Translations under genes and position numbers: made by a program
Assembly (NCBI GenBank): GCA_041661605.1
Contig: JBAZUE010000001.1
Coordinates: forward strand, 478,928 to 542,927
DNA length: 64,000 nt
Reading direction: 5' to 3'
Source: Candidatus Omnitrophota bacterium
GTDB lineage: Bacteria; Omnitrophota; Gorgyraeia; Gygaellales; Profunditerraquicolaceae
The notes under the pieces: generated by a model
Told to the model about the DNA's origin: nothing
What the model saw: only the letters and a program-made list of their open reading frames with translations
Database searches by the model: none
Part shown: piece after piece, positions 55,320 through 64,000 of the stretch
Position numbering within the stretch: position 1 is the stretch's first letter
Layout: each line of letters begins with the position of its first letter

Positions 55320-55847
55320 TTATATACAAATGATTGTGCTTATCTTCAAACTGATATCCAGACCCGCCTCTTCACTCCTATTCAACTGAGTACTAGTAGG
55401 CGTGGAGATGCTGACATCTTCCACAATAAACAAATCCTTGTAATTTTCAACCTTGCTGATGAACTGCCCCAGGGCATGATAGCTCTCAACCCTGACCACG
55501 ATCAAAAACGAAGTTTTTATATACTCCGGATATTTCTGCTCCGTACCCGGCTTAACCGAAACAATCTTAACTTTGGTCCCCTTTGAAATATCGGTCATCG
55601 CGTCGATAACCGAACCCAGGTCCTTCCTGTTAAAAGCCTGCTTATAAGTGTTGATCCTCTTCTCCACCCTGATTAAATTATCTATTACTTCGCTCTTTTT
55701 TATCTCTTCATTTTTGTTTTCTTCTAAAGTAGTAAGCTGCTGGTTTTGCATGTTAAACAGAAAAAGAGCCACGATTAGCGCCAGCAATATTACTCCAGCA
55801 TTTATAACCTTGTTTTTATTCTTGCTGAAGAAGTCCATCGTTATCAT
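55320..55847 (-). CDS. pilO: PilO-like pilus assembly protein
   Basis: ATG 55847 with SD GGAG. One TM helix, a coiled coil, then a ferredoxin-like C-terminus (SFLIVVRVESYHALGQFISKVENYKDLFIV). Confidence 0.6.
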   Translation of the reverse strand: MITMDFFSKNKNKVINAGVILLALIVALFLFNMQNQQLTTLEENKNEEIKKSEVIDNLIRVEKRINTYKQAFNRKDLGSVIDAMTDISKGTKVKIVSVKPGTEQKYPEYIKTSFLIVVRVESYHALGQFISKVENYKDLFIVEDVSISTPTSTQLNRSEEAGLDISLKISTIICI

Positions 55848-57393
55848 TTTTCTTTTTCTCCGGAAAATTTCTGCATGCGATATTAAAAACCGCCACGCTT
55901 TTATCCAAAACCGCCTTACGGTCAACAGAAGTGATGGTTATCTCTTTAAAATTACTGGTAAAAAACTTATTTGCCTTAAGATTGCCCAATAATGTACTTA
56001 CGGCCTCGAATTCCTTATCGCTGTCACCAAGATAAGCCTCCCCTTCAAGAATAACCTCAGGCCGGCCGTCTTCCTTGCGCGTAGAAACAAACTTGGTAAG
56101 CCAAACCCCCTCGGGTAGAACCCGGGGCATGATATCCAGGAAATAAGTGGCATAAAGCTGGTCTTTTATCAAACTATCCAGGTTAGCCAGTTTCTTTTTA
56201 AGATTTTTATCACGGGCAGCTAAAACTATGGAATCATCAGCCTCAGAGATAGAATCAAGCTTCGGCCTTTTATCTTTTATGACGTTTAATTCTTCACGCA
56301 CCGGCATAGTCCTGTATATACCATAACCAAAGGTAAGCGCGCATATTAAAAGACTCAAGGCAATCACTTTGAAATCTACCTTTACCCCTTCCATAAAAGC
56401 AAGGATATCTTCTTTGTTTTTAACGCTTTCAGACCTTACCCTGCTGCTAAAAAGGTTAATTTTTACTTTTAAAGGCAAATCTTTGCAAAGAACAGCCCCG
56501 AAGCTTTTGGCAATGACTGAAGAATACTTAACCCCTTTACCTAAAACTTTGCTGCTATCAATGAATTTCGCTGAAATTCCGGAACTGGCGAAGAAACTCT
56601 TGAGGTCCTCGTGCATATCCTTTCCGGAAAGCACATTAATAGTTTTAATCCCTTTATCCGGGAATTTACGGCGGTAATAATCCTGGGAAACGCGTATTTC
56701 GTTCTTTAACTTATCATACTTCTTCATCCTGTCGTTCTCAGCGGCAGTGTCCAAATCATTAATTCCGGTGGTAAGTACTATATCGCGGCTGAAAAAAGGA
56801 AAACCGTTTTCAGAAACCATGAAATTTATTTCATCGCTATTATCCAAATCAAAACAAAGGCTAGCAATAACCCCTTTTTCCTTTGCTCCGCATAATTTTA
56901 GAAAACGTAAAAGACTGAAAGCTGAATATTCAATAACGTTGATCTTGATATTTAACTGCCTGGAAATAGATATATACTTTTCCAATATTTCCTTCTTTAT
57001 GCCGACAAATAATACGGTATTCAGTTTAGTCTTGTTATCGGCCTCTACCTGAAAACTAAAGGCTAACTCCTCCAGCTTGAAAGGTATATATTTCTTAGCT
57101 TCAAAATTAATCGCGCTCTGCATCTCATTTGACGGCAACTTGGGGATCTCAAAAGTACGGATAATAAGGTCCTGTCCGGATATGCAGATAACCCCATGGT
57201 TGACATCTATATGGTTGGTACGCAAGGCATCCTTGACCAAAGCGGTTATCTTTACGTCTGTGGGCACTTTTTCCTCAAAATTACCGGAAAACAAGCCCCC
57301 CTGGGAGATAACCACACTATTGACCAGCTTCTTGTTGTTTAGCTCTGCCAGACCAATGGAATCAGTCCCAAAATATATACCTAAAGAGTTCAT
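55816..57393 (-). CDS. PilM-PilN fusion (actin-like ATPase domain plus TM plus PilN-like domain)
   Basis: 525 aa. The N-terminal about 330 aa is PilM-like (LGIYFGTDSIGLAEL...). Then a TM helix (VIALSLLICALTFGYGIY) and a periplasmic PilN-like region. Confidence 0.7.
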   Translation of the reverse strand: MNSLGIYFGTDSIGLAELNNKKLVNSVVISQGGLFSGNFEEKVPTDVKITALVKDALRTNHIDVNHGVICISGQDLIIRTFEIPKLPSNEMQSAINFEAKKYIPFKLEELAFSFQVEADNKTKLNTVLFVGIKKEILEKYISISRQLNIKINVIEYSAFSLLRFLKLCGAKEKGVIASLCFDLDNSDEINFMVSENGFPFFSRDIVLTTGINDLDTAAENDRMKKYDKLKNEIRVSQDYYRRKFPDKGIKTINVLSGKDMHEDLKSFFASSGISAKFIDSSKVLGKGVKYSSVIAKSFGAVLCKDLPLKVKINLFSSRVRSESVKNKEDILAFMEGVKVDFKVIALSLLICALTFGYGIYRTMPVREELNVIKDKRPKLDSISEADDSIVLAARDKNLKKKLANLDSLIKDQLYATYFLDIMPRVLPEGVWLTKFVSTRKEDGRPEVILEGEAYLGDSDKEFEAVSTLLGNLKANKFFTSNFKEITITSVDRKAVLDKSVAVFNIACRNFPEKKKNDNDGLLQQE

Positions 57394-57581
57394 ACCTGTT
57401 CTCCTGAAGTATTGGTCCGTTTTTTGCTCCTTAACCAGGTATCGATATCACGGCGGTCAAATCTCCAAACTCCACCTACCTTAATTCCAGAGATCTTACC
57501 CTGGTTAAGCCAGTTATAGATAGTCTGTTTCTTTAATTTCAGGTATTCCGCTAATTCATCAATATCTATTAGTCTCGACAT
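57390..57581 (-). CDS. excisionase/MerR-type helix-turn-helix DNA-binding protein
   Basis: LIDIDELAEYLKLKKQTIYNWLNQGKISGIKVGGVWRFDRRDIDTWL. First gene of the pilM... operon, overlapping pilMN by 4 nt. Confidence 0.8.
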   Translation of the reverse strand: MSRLIDIDELAEYLKLKKQTIYNWLNQGKISGIKVGGVWRFDRRDIDTWLRSKKRTNTSGEQV

Positions 57582-57619
57582 AGTTTTACCTGCTTTACCC
57601 TTAAATTACTGTGGATTTA

Positions 57620-57648
57620 ATTAAAACATAATGGATATCTTTTGTCAA
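57620..57648 (-). promoter_or_regulatory. promoter candidate of the pilus operon
   Basis: On the minus strand: TTGACA (57648-57643), 17-nt spacer ending in TGt, TTTAAT (57625-57620). Confidence 0.4.
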
Positions 57649-57658
57649 GTGTTTTTTT

Positions 57659-57758
57659 ATATAGACTTACTCAAACTTACTTATGGGGAATATTGTCGTC
57701 GGAAGATAGTTTACTTGCTTCGCTGTTTAATATAATAGACTTACTTAATGTTACTTAT
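57659..57758. repeat. direct repeats ATAGACTTACT..N..TTACTTAT (two 26-nt copies plus a partial copy) upstream of the -35
   Basis: Copy 1 is 57659-57684 atatagacttactcaaacttacttat. Copy 2 is 57733-57758 taatagacttacttaatgttacttat (22 of 26 identical, 74-bp spacing). A partial copy agatagtttacttgc lies at 57705-57719. Confidence 0.8.
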
Positions 57759-57818
57759 ATTCTTGGAAGCAGTTCTAATATAGGATAAGGAATAAGGAAA
57801 ACGGCGATTCTTCAGAAA

Positions 57819-58223
57819 CTACGGGGTATAAGTAAAAACAGTTGTGGAATTGATACAAAAGGTTGAACCGCTTGGAGGAGAACAAAGGGCGGCATTACAG
57901 GTTCCTCCAGATGGACAAAAGATAATACGGAACTGCCGGCCAACGATTGAAGAGGGAAAATTAGGGTCGGAAACTAGACAGCCGGCAGGATTAGGGCAAG
58001 AGTTGGTTGGTGAATAGGTCCAGACATTGTTTCTGAGCATTTCTAACGCATAAACCATACCGGCCCTGGCAGCATATTGAGCCTGAATCCGGCTTATCTG
58101 ATGGTGGCTTAAGCGTGATTGGCTAAGCGATATTCTTAATATCACGGTGCACAAGATAGAAACCAGGATTATGGTCACCAAGACGATAAAAAGAACTACT
58201 CCTTTTCTCCTACGATCAGGCAT
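57819..58223 (-). CDS. PilX-N-like minor pilin / pseudopilin (Cys-rich)
   Basis: MPDRRRKG|VVLFIVLVTIILVSILCTVIL...RIQAQYAARAGMVYALEML fits the PilX N-terminal pattern. The C-terminal part has 6 Cys. Confidence 0.55.
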   Translation of the reverse strand: MPDRRRKGVVLFIVLVTIILVSILCTVILRISLSQSRLSHHQISRIQAQYAARAGMVYALEMLRNNVWTYSPTNSCPNPAGCLVSDPNFPSSIVGRQFRIIFCPSGGTCNAALCSPPSGSTFCINSTTVFTYTP

Positions 58224-58422
58224 CTTTCCTTAAAGAAATACGGTAATCATTACTGATTTTAACTAAAATAACGTGCCCCTCACGGGCAAGCCAGCCTAAG
58301 CTCATCAATATATAATCAGGGTTGCGTTCAATCCCCTTGGCTAAATCAGAAAAATTGACCTCTCCGTGCTGATCCAGGTAATGCCATATTTCACCCGCAA
58401 CAATACCGATTTCAATTATCAT
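58216..58422 (-). CDS. small winged-helix protein (DUF2582-like)
   Basis: IGIVAGEIWHYLDQHGEVNFSDLAKGI...ILMSLGWLAREGHVIL, 68 aa. Confidence 0.6.
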   Translation of the reverse strand: MIIEIGIVAGEIWHYLDQHGEVNFSDLAKGIERNPDYILMSLGWLAREGHVILVKISNDYRISLRKDA

Positions 58423-58500
58423 TTTATCTCCTCCTCCATTTGCTACCGGCTGGTAGGTTATAGATGTATTTTATAAATAAACCAGGATAAGTCAACTACT

Positions 58501-60975
58501 TTATTTAATATTCGCTTTAATCGCTTCAATCCTCTCCTGAGCGAACTTTGATTCTTCGGTTTTGCTCTGGGCGATTTTTCCGTATATATCTAAAGCTCTC
58601 CTGAAATCATCTTTGTCTTCATAAAGCTTGGCGGCGCGTAAAAACGCGCGGGCTGATAACTGCGCATCAAAGCTATAAGCATCAGCTGCTTTAAGATAAG
58701 TATCAATTGCCGTCTCCAATTCATTCTTGGCCTCATATACCTCGGCTAAACTAAACTGGATATCTCCGGCATCTTTGGCCTCAACTGACTCCAGGGCCTT
58801 TTGATAAAACAGCTTCGCCTGCTCATAATCCTGTAATTTATAATAACATTTAGCTATCCTGGGAAAAAGCAGGGAACCTGAATCAGGAGAAATTTCAATA
58901 ACCTGCTTGTATTGGTTAATAGCCTCTTCAAGTTTTCCTTGCTGGGCATAAATGTCCGCTACGGCTAAAGCAGCCTCATCCCTTGATTCTCCTTCTTTAA
59001 ACTTAAATGCCATTTTGAAATTATCAACTGCCTGGTCAAGCTTGTTTTCATCTCTAAAAACTAAACCTAAAGCATATAAGGCATCCCCGGCTAAGCTATT
59101 GTCCGGATATTCTTTCGCTAAAGAGCTAAAATACCTGGCTGCGAGGTTTAAATCATTCAGGCGGTAATAATACTGCCCCAGCCACCACATAATCTCCGGG
59201 GTAATCTTGGAATCAGGATATTTAGCGCGCAAGAGCTTAAACTGCCCGAGGGCCTCTTTTTCCCGACCCAGCTTGTAATAACAATCGGCAATTTCATATT
59301 CGGCCTTCTGTATTAATTCGCTTTCCTTAGTATACTGCCTGGAGATATCCTTGAAAATATCGAGCGCTTCATCGATTTTACCTGAATTTAGAAGGCTTAA
59401 TCCCAGCATAAAAATGGCCTGCCCGGACAGTTTGCTGCCCTTAAACTCATCCCTGAATCTGGTTAAGATTTCAGAGCTTGAAGCGTAATCTTTTTCTTGA
59501 AAGTAAGCAGCCCCTAAAGAATAGGCCGCCCCTTCCAGAAACTTTGATTGCGGATAATTTTTTGGCAGAAGTTTAAATGAAGCAACGGCGGAGACGTAAT
59601 CCAATCTTTTTAGCTGTGAAAGCCCGGCCTGGTATAACGCGTAATCAGCAAAAGATGAATCGGGGAATTCTTTTAAAATCCCGGAGTATACCTCTTCCGC
59701 TTTCAGGTAATCAGCCGCTTCCTGATACGCATCAGCTATCTGGCAAAGCGCGTTAACTTTAGTATCCGGGTCAACACTTTCTCCGGCTATATCTTCAAAC
59801 AGGGTTATCCCGGGCTTAAAGGCTCCTTCTTTTATATACGCCCTGCCTAAATTATAACGTAACTTAGCCAGCAATTCAGTTGAGCCGTTAATTTGTTTTC
59901 CTGCTTTAGCCGCATCCTTAAGCCCCTCCTCATATGCTTTAACAGCCTGGGCATATTCGGCTAAATTATAAAACGCATCCGCCTTACCTATATATGCCTG
60001 TAGGCGTATCAAAGGATCATCGCTGGCATCAATAAGCTGTTGATATAGTTTCTTTGCTTCATAAACCCGGTTGGACTGCGACATTAATACTGCCTGCCCC
60101 AATATAAGTATATCCAGGCTCTTCTGATCCAGGACATCTTTTCTAGTATCGGCAAAAACCTCTTCAGCTTCATCATATTTCTTGAGCTTAAGATAAGACC
60201 AGGCCAGCCCCAATTTTGCCAAAGCCCGGGCTAATTCATCCTTAAAGGCCTGCGCCGATTTAAGATAATCCCTGGATGCCTCATTAAAATTATCCAGATA
60301 ATATTCGGACTCTGCCAGATAAAAATACAGATACGGCAGGCGCAATGTGTCATTCGCATAAAGCTTAAGCACAGATTTAACTTTATCCTTTAATTCAGGA
60401 TACTTTTTGAGGTTATATAAACACTCGATCAATTTAAAAGCGGCATCCTTGCTCTGCGGTTCGTTAGGGAACTTATCCAGCAGGCTTTTTAAGCTTTCCA
60501 AAGCCTGGCTGTATTTACCCAGGTACGAAAATGACCAGCCCAATGAATAATATGCCGCAGGGACATAAGATGAAGACGGAAAATCATTGATCAGCTTCTG
60601 ATAAAAAACAACGGCTTTCTCAAAATTATTGGCTTTAAAATGCAGTTCCGCCAGCCAAAAATAAATAGCATCCTTAAGGCTGGCGGCTTTAGGATCAACC
60701 TGCAAGGCCTCAAGAGTAGATAATGCCTCCATGTAACGGCCCAGATTAAAATAACTTTGTCCTTCCAAAAGGCGGGCTTCTGCTGTCTTAGCGGAATCAG
60801 GGAAATCCTTGCCGAACTTATCCAGCATACCCAGGGCAACCTCATAAAAACCATCTTCATAGGCTTTCTTGGCCATAAAAAGCAGTTCTGTTTCTTTAGC
60901 GGCGCTTTCCTGGGCAAAAGCAAAAGATGTTAGAAACATGGTTAAAATTAACGCGCAGGTTATCGCTCTTTTCAT
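58501..60975 (-). CDS. secreted tetratricopeptide-repeat protein (YbgF-like repeats)
   Basis: 824 aa, signal peptide ..SFAFA|QES, more than 15 TPR-like units. Confidence 0.75.
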   Translation of the reverse strand: MKRAITCALILTMFLTSFAFAQESAAKETELLFMAKKAYEDGFYEVALGMLDKFGKDFPDSAKTAEARLLEGQSYFNLGRYMEALSTLEALQVDPKAASLKDAIYFWLAELHFKANNFEKAVVFYQKLINDFPSSSYVPAAYYSLGWSFSYLGKYSQALESLKSLLDKFPNEPQSKDAAFKLIECLYNLKKYPELKDKVKSVLKLYANDTLRLPYLYFYLAESEYYLDNFNEASRDYLKSAQAFKDELARALAKLGLAWSYLKLKKYDEAEEVFADTRKDVLDQKSLDILILGQAVLMSQSNRVYEAKKLYQQLIDASDDPLIRLQAYIGKADAFYNLAEYAQAVKAYEEGLKDAAKAGKQINGSTELLAKLRYNLGRAYIKEGAFKPGITLFEDIAGESVDPDTKVNALCQIADAYQEAADYLKAEEVYSGILKEFPDSSFADYALYQAGLSQLKRLDYVSAVASFKLLPKNYPQSKFLEGAAYSLGAAYFQEKDYASSSEILTRFRDEFKGSKLSGQAIFMLGLSLLNSGKIDEALDIFKDISRQYTKESELIQKAEYEIADCYYKLGREKEALGQFKLLRAKYPDSKITPEIMWWLGQYYYRLNDLNLAARYFSSLAKEYPDNSLAGDALYALGLVFRDENKLDQAVDNFKMAFKFKEGESRDEAALAVADIYAQQGKLEEAINQYKQVIEISPDSGSLLFPRIAKCYYKLQDYEQAKLFYQKALESVEAKDAGDIQFSLAEVYEAKNELETAIDTYLKAADAYSFDAQLSARAFLRAAKLYEDKDDFRRALDIYGKIAQSKTEESKFAQERIEAIKANIK

Positions 60976-63770
60976 TTTCCTCTCAAAACTTCCTTAAGGA
61001 ACTTACCGGTAAAAGATTTATCTATTTTAATCAGCTCTTCCGGGCTGCAGGAAGCAAGAAGCTCTCCCCCTTTGTCCCCGCCTTCCGGACCCAGGTCAAT
61101 AATAAAATCGGCGCATTTGATTACCTCTAAATTATGCTCGACTACCACAACAGTATTGCCCCGCTCAACTAATTTCTGCAGCACGGATATCAACCTGGCT
61201 ACGTCGGCAAAATGCAGGCCGGTAGTCGGTTCATCCAGCAGATAAAGTGTTTTTCCGGTTGAACGCTTGCATAATTCCGAAGAAAGTTTGATCCTCTGTG
61301 CCTCTCCTCCGGAAAGGGTGGTGGCGCTCTGGCCCAGCTGGATATAACCTAACCCGACATCATTTAAATATTCAAAAGTGTTTTTTATCCTCGGGATATT
61401 GCTGAATAACTCCAGGCCTTCCTCAACGGTCATCTCCAGGACATCGGCAATAGATCTGCCTTTGTATTTTACATCTAAAGTCGCGTTATTGAACCTTAAT
61501 CCCCTGCACAACTCGCACTTTACATATACATCAGGCAGGAAGTGCATCTCGATCTTCTTTATCCCGTCTCCTCCGCATGCCTCGCAGCGGCCGCCTTTAA
61601 CATTAAATGAAAATCTCCCCGGCTTATAACCCCGTTGGCGGGCCTCCGGAAGCTGAGAGAATAAATCTCTTATATGAGTGAAAACCCCGGTGTAGGTTAC
61701 CGGGTTTGAGCGGGGGGTCCTGCCGATCGGCTGCTGGTCAACAACAATTACCTGGTCAATCTCCTGTGTTCCGCTTATAGCTTTAAATGCCCCGGGTTTT
61801 AACTTGGATCTATATATTTTCTGGGCCAAAGCGGGATAGAGTATGTCCGTAATCAAAGTAGACTTACCCGAACCCGATACGCCGGTTACGCAAATAAGGG
61901 TACCTAAAGGAAACCGCAAATCAATATTTTTAAGGTTATGTTCGCTTGCCCCTTTTATCTCAATACATTTCTTATTCCGCCAGGGCCGTCTATTTACAGG
62001 CGGCTGGATAACAAGCTCCTTACGGATATATTTTGCGGTTAGGGAATCTTTGTTTTTTAAAAGCTCCTCTTTATTCCCGGAGAAAATAACCCTGCCTCCG
62101 TGCCTGCCTGCCCCGGGGCCTAAATCCACGATATGATCCGCGCTCAAAATAGTAGCCTGATCATGTTCGACAACCACCAGGGTATTGCCTAAATCACGCA
62201 AGGCCTTTAAAGTGGATAGCAGCTTTTCATTATCCCTCTGATGCAGGCCAATGCTGGGCTCATCCAAAACATATAAAACCCCCACCAGGCCGGAACCAAC
62301 CTGCGTAGCCAGGCGTATTCTTTGCGCCTCCCCGCCGGACAAAGTCGAGCTTTTACGGTCCAGAGTTAAATAATCCAAACCGACGTCCACGCAAAATTTA
62401 AGTTTTTGGGTTATTTCTTTTAACGCCTGGTAACTGACTAATTTTTCTTTTTCGGTTAATTTCAGCCCGGAAAAGAAGTTTATCGCTTCTTTTATAGACA
62501 TACAGGTAATATCCCAAATATTCTTTTGATTAATTTTTACCGCTAAACTTTCCGGTTTAAGCCTGGCGCCTTTACATGCCGGACAGGGAAGGCTGGACAT
62601 AAACTTACTGATCTCTTCTTTCAAATAATCGCTGTCCGTCTGGCTAAAAAGCCTTTCTAAATTATGGATTAGCCCTTCAAATGGCTTGCTGCCGATTACT
62701 TCATCTGAGCCATAAAGAATTGCCCTTTGCGCAGATTTGGGTAATTTCTTAAAAGGTTCATCTAAAGAAAAATCCAGGCGCATGCTTAACTCCCGTATCA
62801 GCCAGCGGTAATAAAGAATATAGCCTCTGCCGCCGCGTTTCCACGGTTCAAGCGCACCGGCATTAATACTTTTATTTTTATCGGGAATAATTAAATCCGG
62901 GTCAAATTCAAGCTTAATTCCTAAACCGTTGCATTCGGGACAGGCCCCATAAGGGGAATTGAAAGAGAAATTTCGCGGGTTAATCTCGGCGTAACTTATA
63001 CCGCAGTTAGCGCAGGCATATTGCTCGCTAAATACCAGGTCGCCAGATACACCTGATTTAGTGATAATAACCGAGCCCTTTCCTATCTTAAGGGCTGTCT
63101 CTACAGAATCTGTAAGCCGCTTTAAAATGCCTGGTTTGATGTTAAGGCGGTCAACCACTACTTCTATATTATGGGCTTTATATTTAGCTAATTTTATCTC
63201 CGCGGGCAGTTCATAGATTTTGCCGTCTACCCTGGCGCGCACAAACCCTGACTTTTGAATCTGAGAGAAAATATCTTTATGTTCCCCTTTTTTCCCCTGG
63301 ATCAGGCCGGCAAGGATCTGAATATCGTTATTTGCCTGAGAAATCATAATCGACTCAACTATCTCCTGGGCGCTTTGGCTTTGGATGAGCCGGCCGCATT
63401 TATAACAGTAGACCTTTCCTATCCTGGCAAACAACAACCTCAGGTAATCATAGATCTCTGTCTGCGTAGCGACGGTCGAACGGGGATTCCCACCGGCAGA
63501 ACGCTGCTCAATGGCAATCGCCGGGGATAAACCGGAGATAAAATCCACATCCGGCTTCTGAAGCTGCTCCAGGAACTGCCGGGCATAGCTGGAGAGGCTT
63601 TCCACAAACCTGCGCTGGCCTTCGGCATAAATCGTATCGAACGCCAGGCTTGATTTTCCGGATCCTGATAAACCGGTTACAACAATCAGTTTATTGCGCG
63701 GCAAATCCAGGTTGATATTTTTAAGGTTGTGCTCCCTGGCGCCGCGGATAATTATGTTTTCGCTTTTCAT
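60972..63770 (-). CDS. uvrA: excinuclease ABC subunit A
   Basis: 932 aa. [41 protein letters not shown], two ABC modules, zinc fingers. Confidence 0.95.
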   Translation of the reverse strand: MKSENIIIRGAREHNLKNINLDLPRNKLIVVTGLSGSGKSSLAFDTIYAEGQRRFVESLSSYARQFLEQLQKPDVDFISGLSPAIAIEQRSAGGNPRSTVATQTEIYDYLRLLFARIGKVYCYKCGRLIQSQSAQEIVESIMISQANNDIQILAGLIQGKKGEHKDIFSQIQKSGFVRARVDGKIYELPAEIKLAKYKAHNIEVVVDRLNIKPGILKRLTDSVETALKIGKGSVIITKSGVSGDLVFSEQYACANCGISYAEINPRNFSFNSPYGACPECNGLGIKLEFDPDLIIPDKNKSINAGALEPWKRGGRGYILYYRWLIRELSMRLDFSLDEPFKKLPKSAQRAILYGSDEVIGSKPFEGLIHNLERLFSQTDSDYLKEEISKFMSSLPCPACKGARLKPESLAVKINQKNIWDITCMSIKEAINFFSGLKLTEKEKLVSYQALKEITQKLKFCVDVGLDYLTLDRKSSTLSGGEAQRIRLATQVGSGLVGVLYVLDEPSIGLHQRDNEKLLSTLKALRDLGNTLVVVEHDQATILSADHIVDLGPGAGRHGGRVIFSGNKEELLKNKDSLTAKYIRKELVIQPPVNRRPWRNKKCIEIKGASEHNLKNIDLRFPLGTLICVTGVSGSGKSTLITDILYPALAQKIYRSKLKPGAFKAISGTQEIDQVIVVDQQPIGRTPRSNPVTYTGVFTHIRDLFSQLPEARQRGYKPGRFSFNVKGGRCEACGGDGIKKIEMHFLPDVYVKCELCRGLRFNNATLDVKYKGRSIADVLEMTVEEGLELFSNIPRIKNTFEYLNDVGLGYIQLGQSATTLSGGEAQRIKLSSELCKRSTGKTLYLLDEPTTGLHFADVARLISVLQKLVERGNTVVVVEHNLEVIKCADFIIDLGPEGGDKGGELLASCSPEELIKIDKSFTGKFLKEVLRGK

Positions 63771-63796
63771 TTTTGATGGTCCGGCCGGAAAAGTAA

Positions 63797-63839
63797 GCCC
63801 CTGTAAAATTAGAATGATTAATCCATTTTAAACAGGGGC
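63797..63839 (-). terminator. terminator-like hairpin upstream of uvrA
   Basis: GCCCCUGU..(AU-rich inner stem)..ACAGGGGC. The U-rich flank on the minus strand is weak (UUACUUUUCC). Confidence 0.35.
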
Positions 63840-63863
63840 ATTACTTTTTTTAAAGCCGGAAAG

Positions 63864-64000
63864 TTACTTCTTTTTCTTCTTTCCGCCTCTTTTCATCTTA
63901 GCGCAAGAAACATCGCCCTTCTTATCCAAGAAATACAAGTAACCTACTTTTCTTTTAATACCGCATTTGGCTACCTTCTTGGGGCTACCTCCCTTTTTAG
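63864..64000 (-). CDS. small basic protein, partial (5' end beyond window end)
   Basis: The minus-strand frame reads ..KKGGSPKKVAKCGIKRKVGYLYFLDKKGDVSCAKMKRGGKKKKK, with stop TAA at 63864-63866. Confidence 0.4.
   Translation of the reverse strand, partial: KKGGSPKKVAKCGIKRKVGYLYFLDKKGDVSCAKMKRGGKKKKK

Noticed and set aside
54909-55586. Long plus-strand ORFs antisense to the pilus genes and others (225 aa here; also 28692-29297, 44799-45368, 39568-40029, 50041-50484)
   Set aside because: These are shadow ORFs opposite strongly supported minus-strand genes. They have no RBS, S/L/F/I-rich junk composition and no motifs.
1-64000. CRISPR arrays, rRNA genes, IS elements/transposases, prophage or toxin-antitoxin/defence cassettes
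   Set aside because: I scanned the intergenic regions and ORF translations. There are no spaced direct-repeat arrays, no rRNA-like sequence, and no DDE, tyrosine or serine recombinase motifs.

Overview
This is a 64-kb chromosomal segment from a diderm (Gram-negative type) bacterium with moderate to low GC. The gene content looks like an uncultured anaerobe: GTP-PEPCK, AckA plus a split Pta, a membrane pyrophosphatase, Thi4, a Cus/Czc-type RND pump and type IV pilus-like machinery. The lineage cannot be fixed without a database search. About 65 genes are present, and all but one lie on the minus strand. I saw no rRNA, CRISPR array, transposase or integrase. RNA elements I can support are one tRNA-Ala(CGC), one TPP riboswitch upstream of thi4, and two c-di-GMP-I (GEMM-I) riboswitches. 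Housekeeping blocks are purC-pckG-trxB-def-panD-ackA-pta-trxA, an Rrf2-metY-cysK-metX-metW operon, cusCBA-like efflux genes, hppA, mtaB, rsmE and uvrA. The accessory content is more interesting. (1) At 4.5-11 kb there is a four-gene, non-canonical chaperone/usher-like surface-fibre locus: a three-domain subunit, a single-domain subunit, a PapD-like chaperone candidate and a large outer-membrane barrel with TPR, secretin-N-like and Ig-like domains. The barrel gene is interrupted at an A10/T10 homopolymer, the operon is preceded by a terminator-containing leader, and it is met head-on by a c-di-GMP-riboswitch-controlled small secreted protein that shares the N-terminal strand of the fibre subunit. 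(2) A second c-di-GMP riboswitch drives a small operon made of a basic uORF, an RHH-like protein and a TIGR04073-like secreted protein. (3) There is an ECF sigma / anti-sigma / membrane CHAT-TPR protease module. (4) A 10-kb type IV pilus/T2SS-like cluster has a PilM-PilN fusion, pseudopilins with non-Gly -1 residues, a duplicated RBS and start at the major pilin, and a repeat-motif array upstream of its promoter. All family names come from motif recognition by eye. No searches were run.
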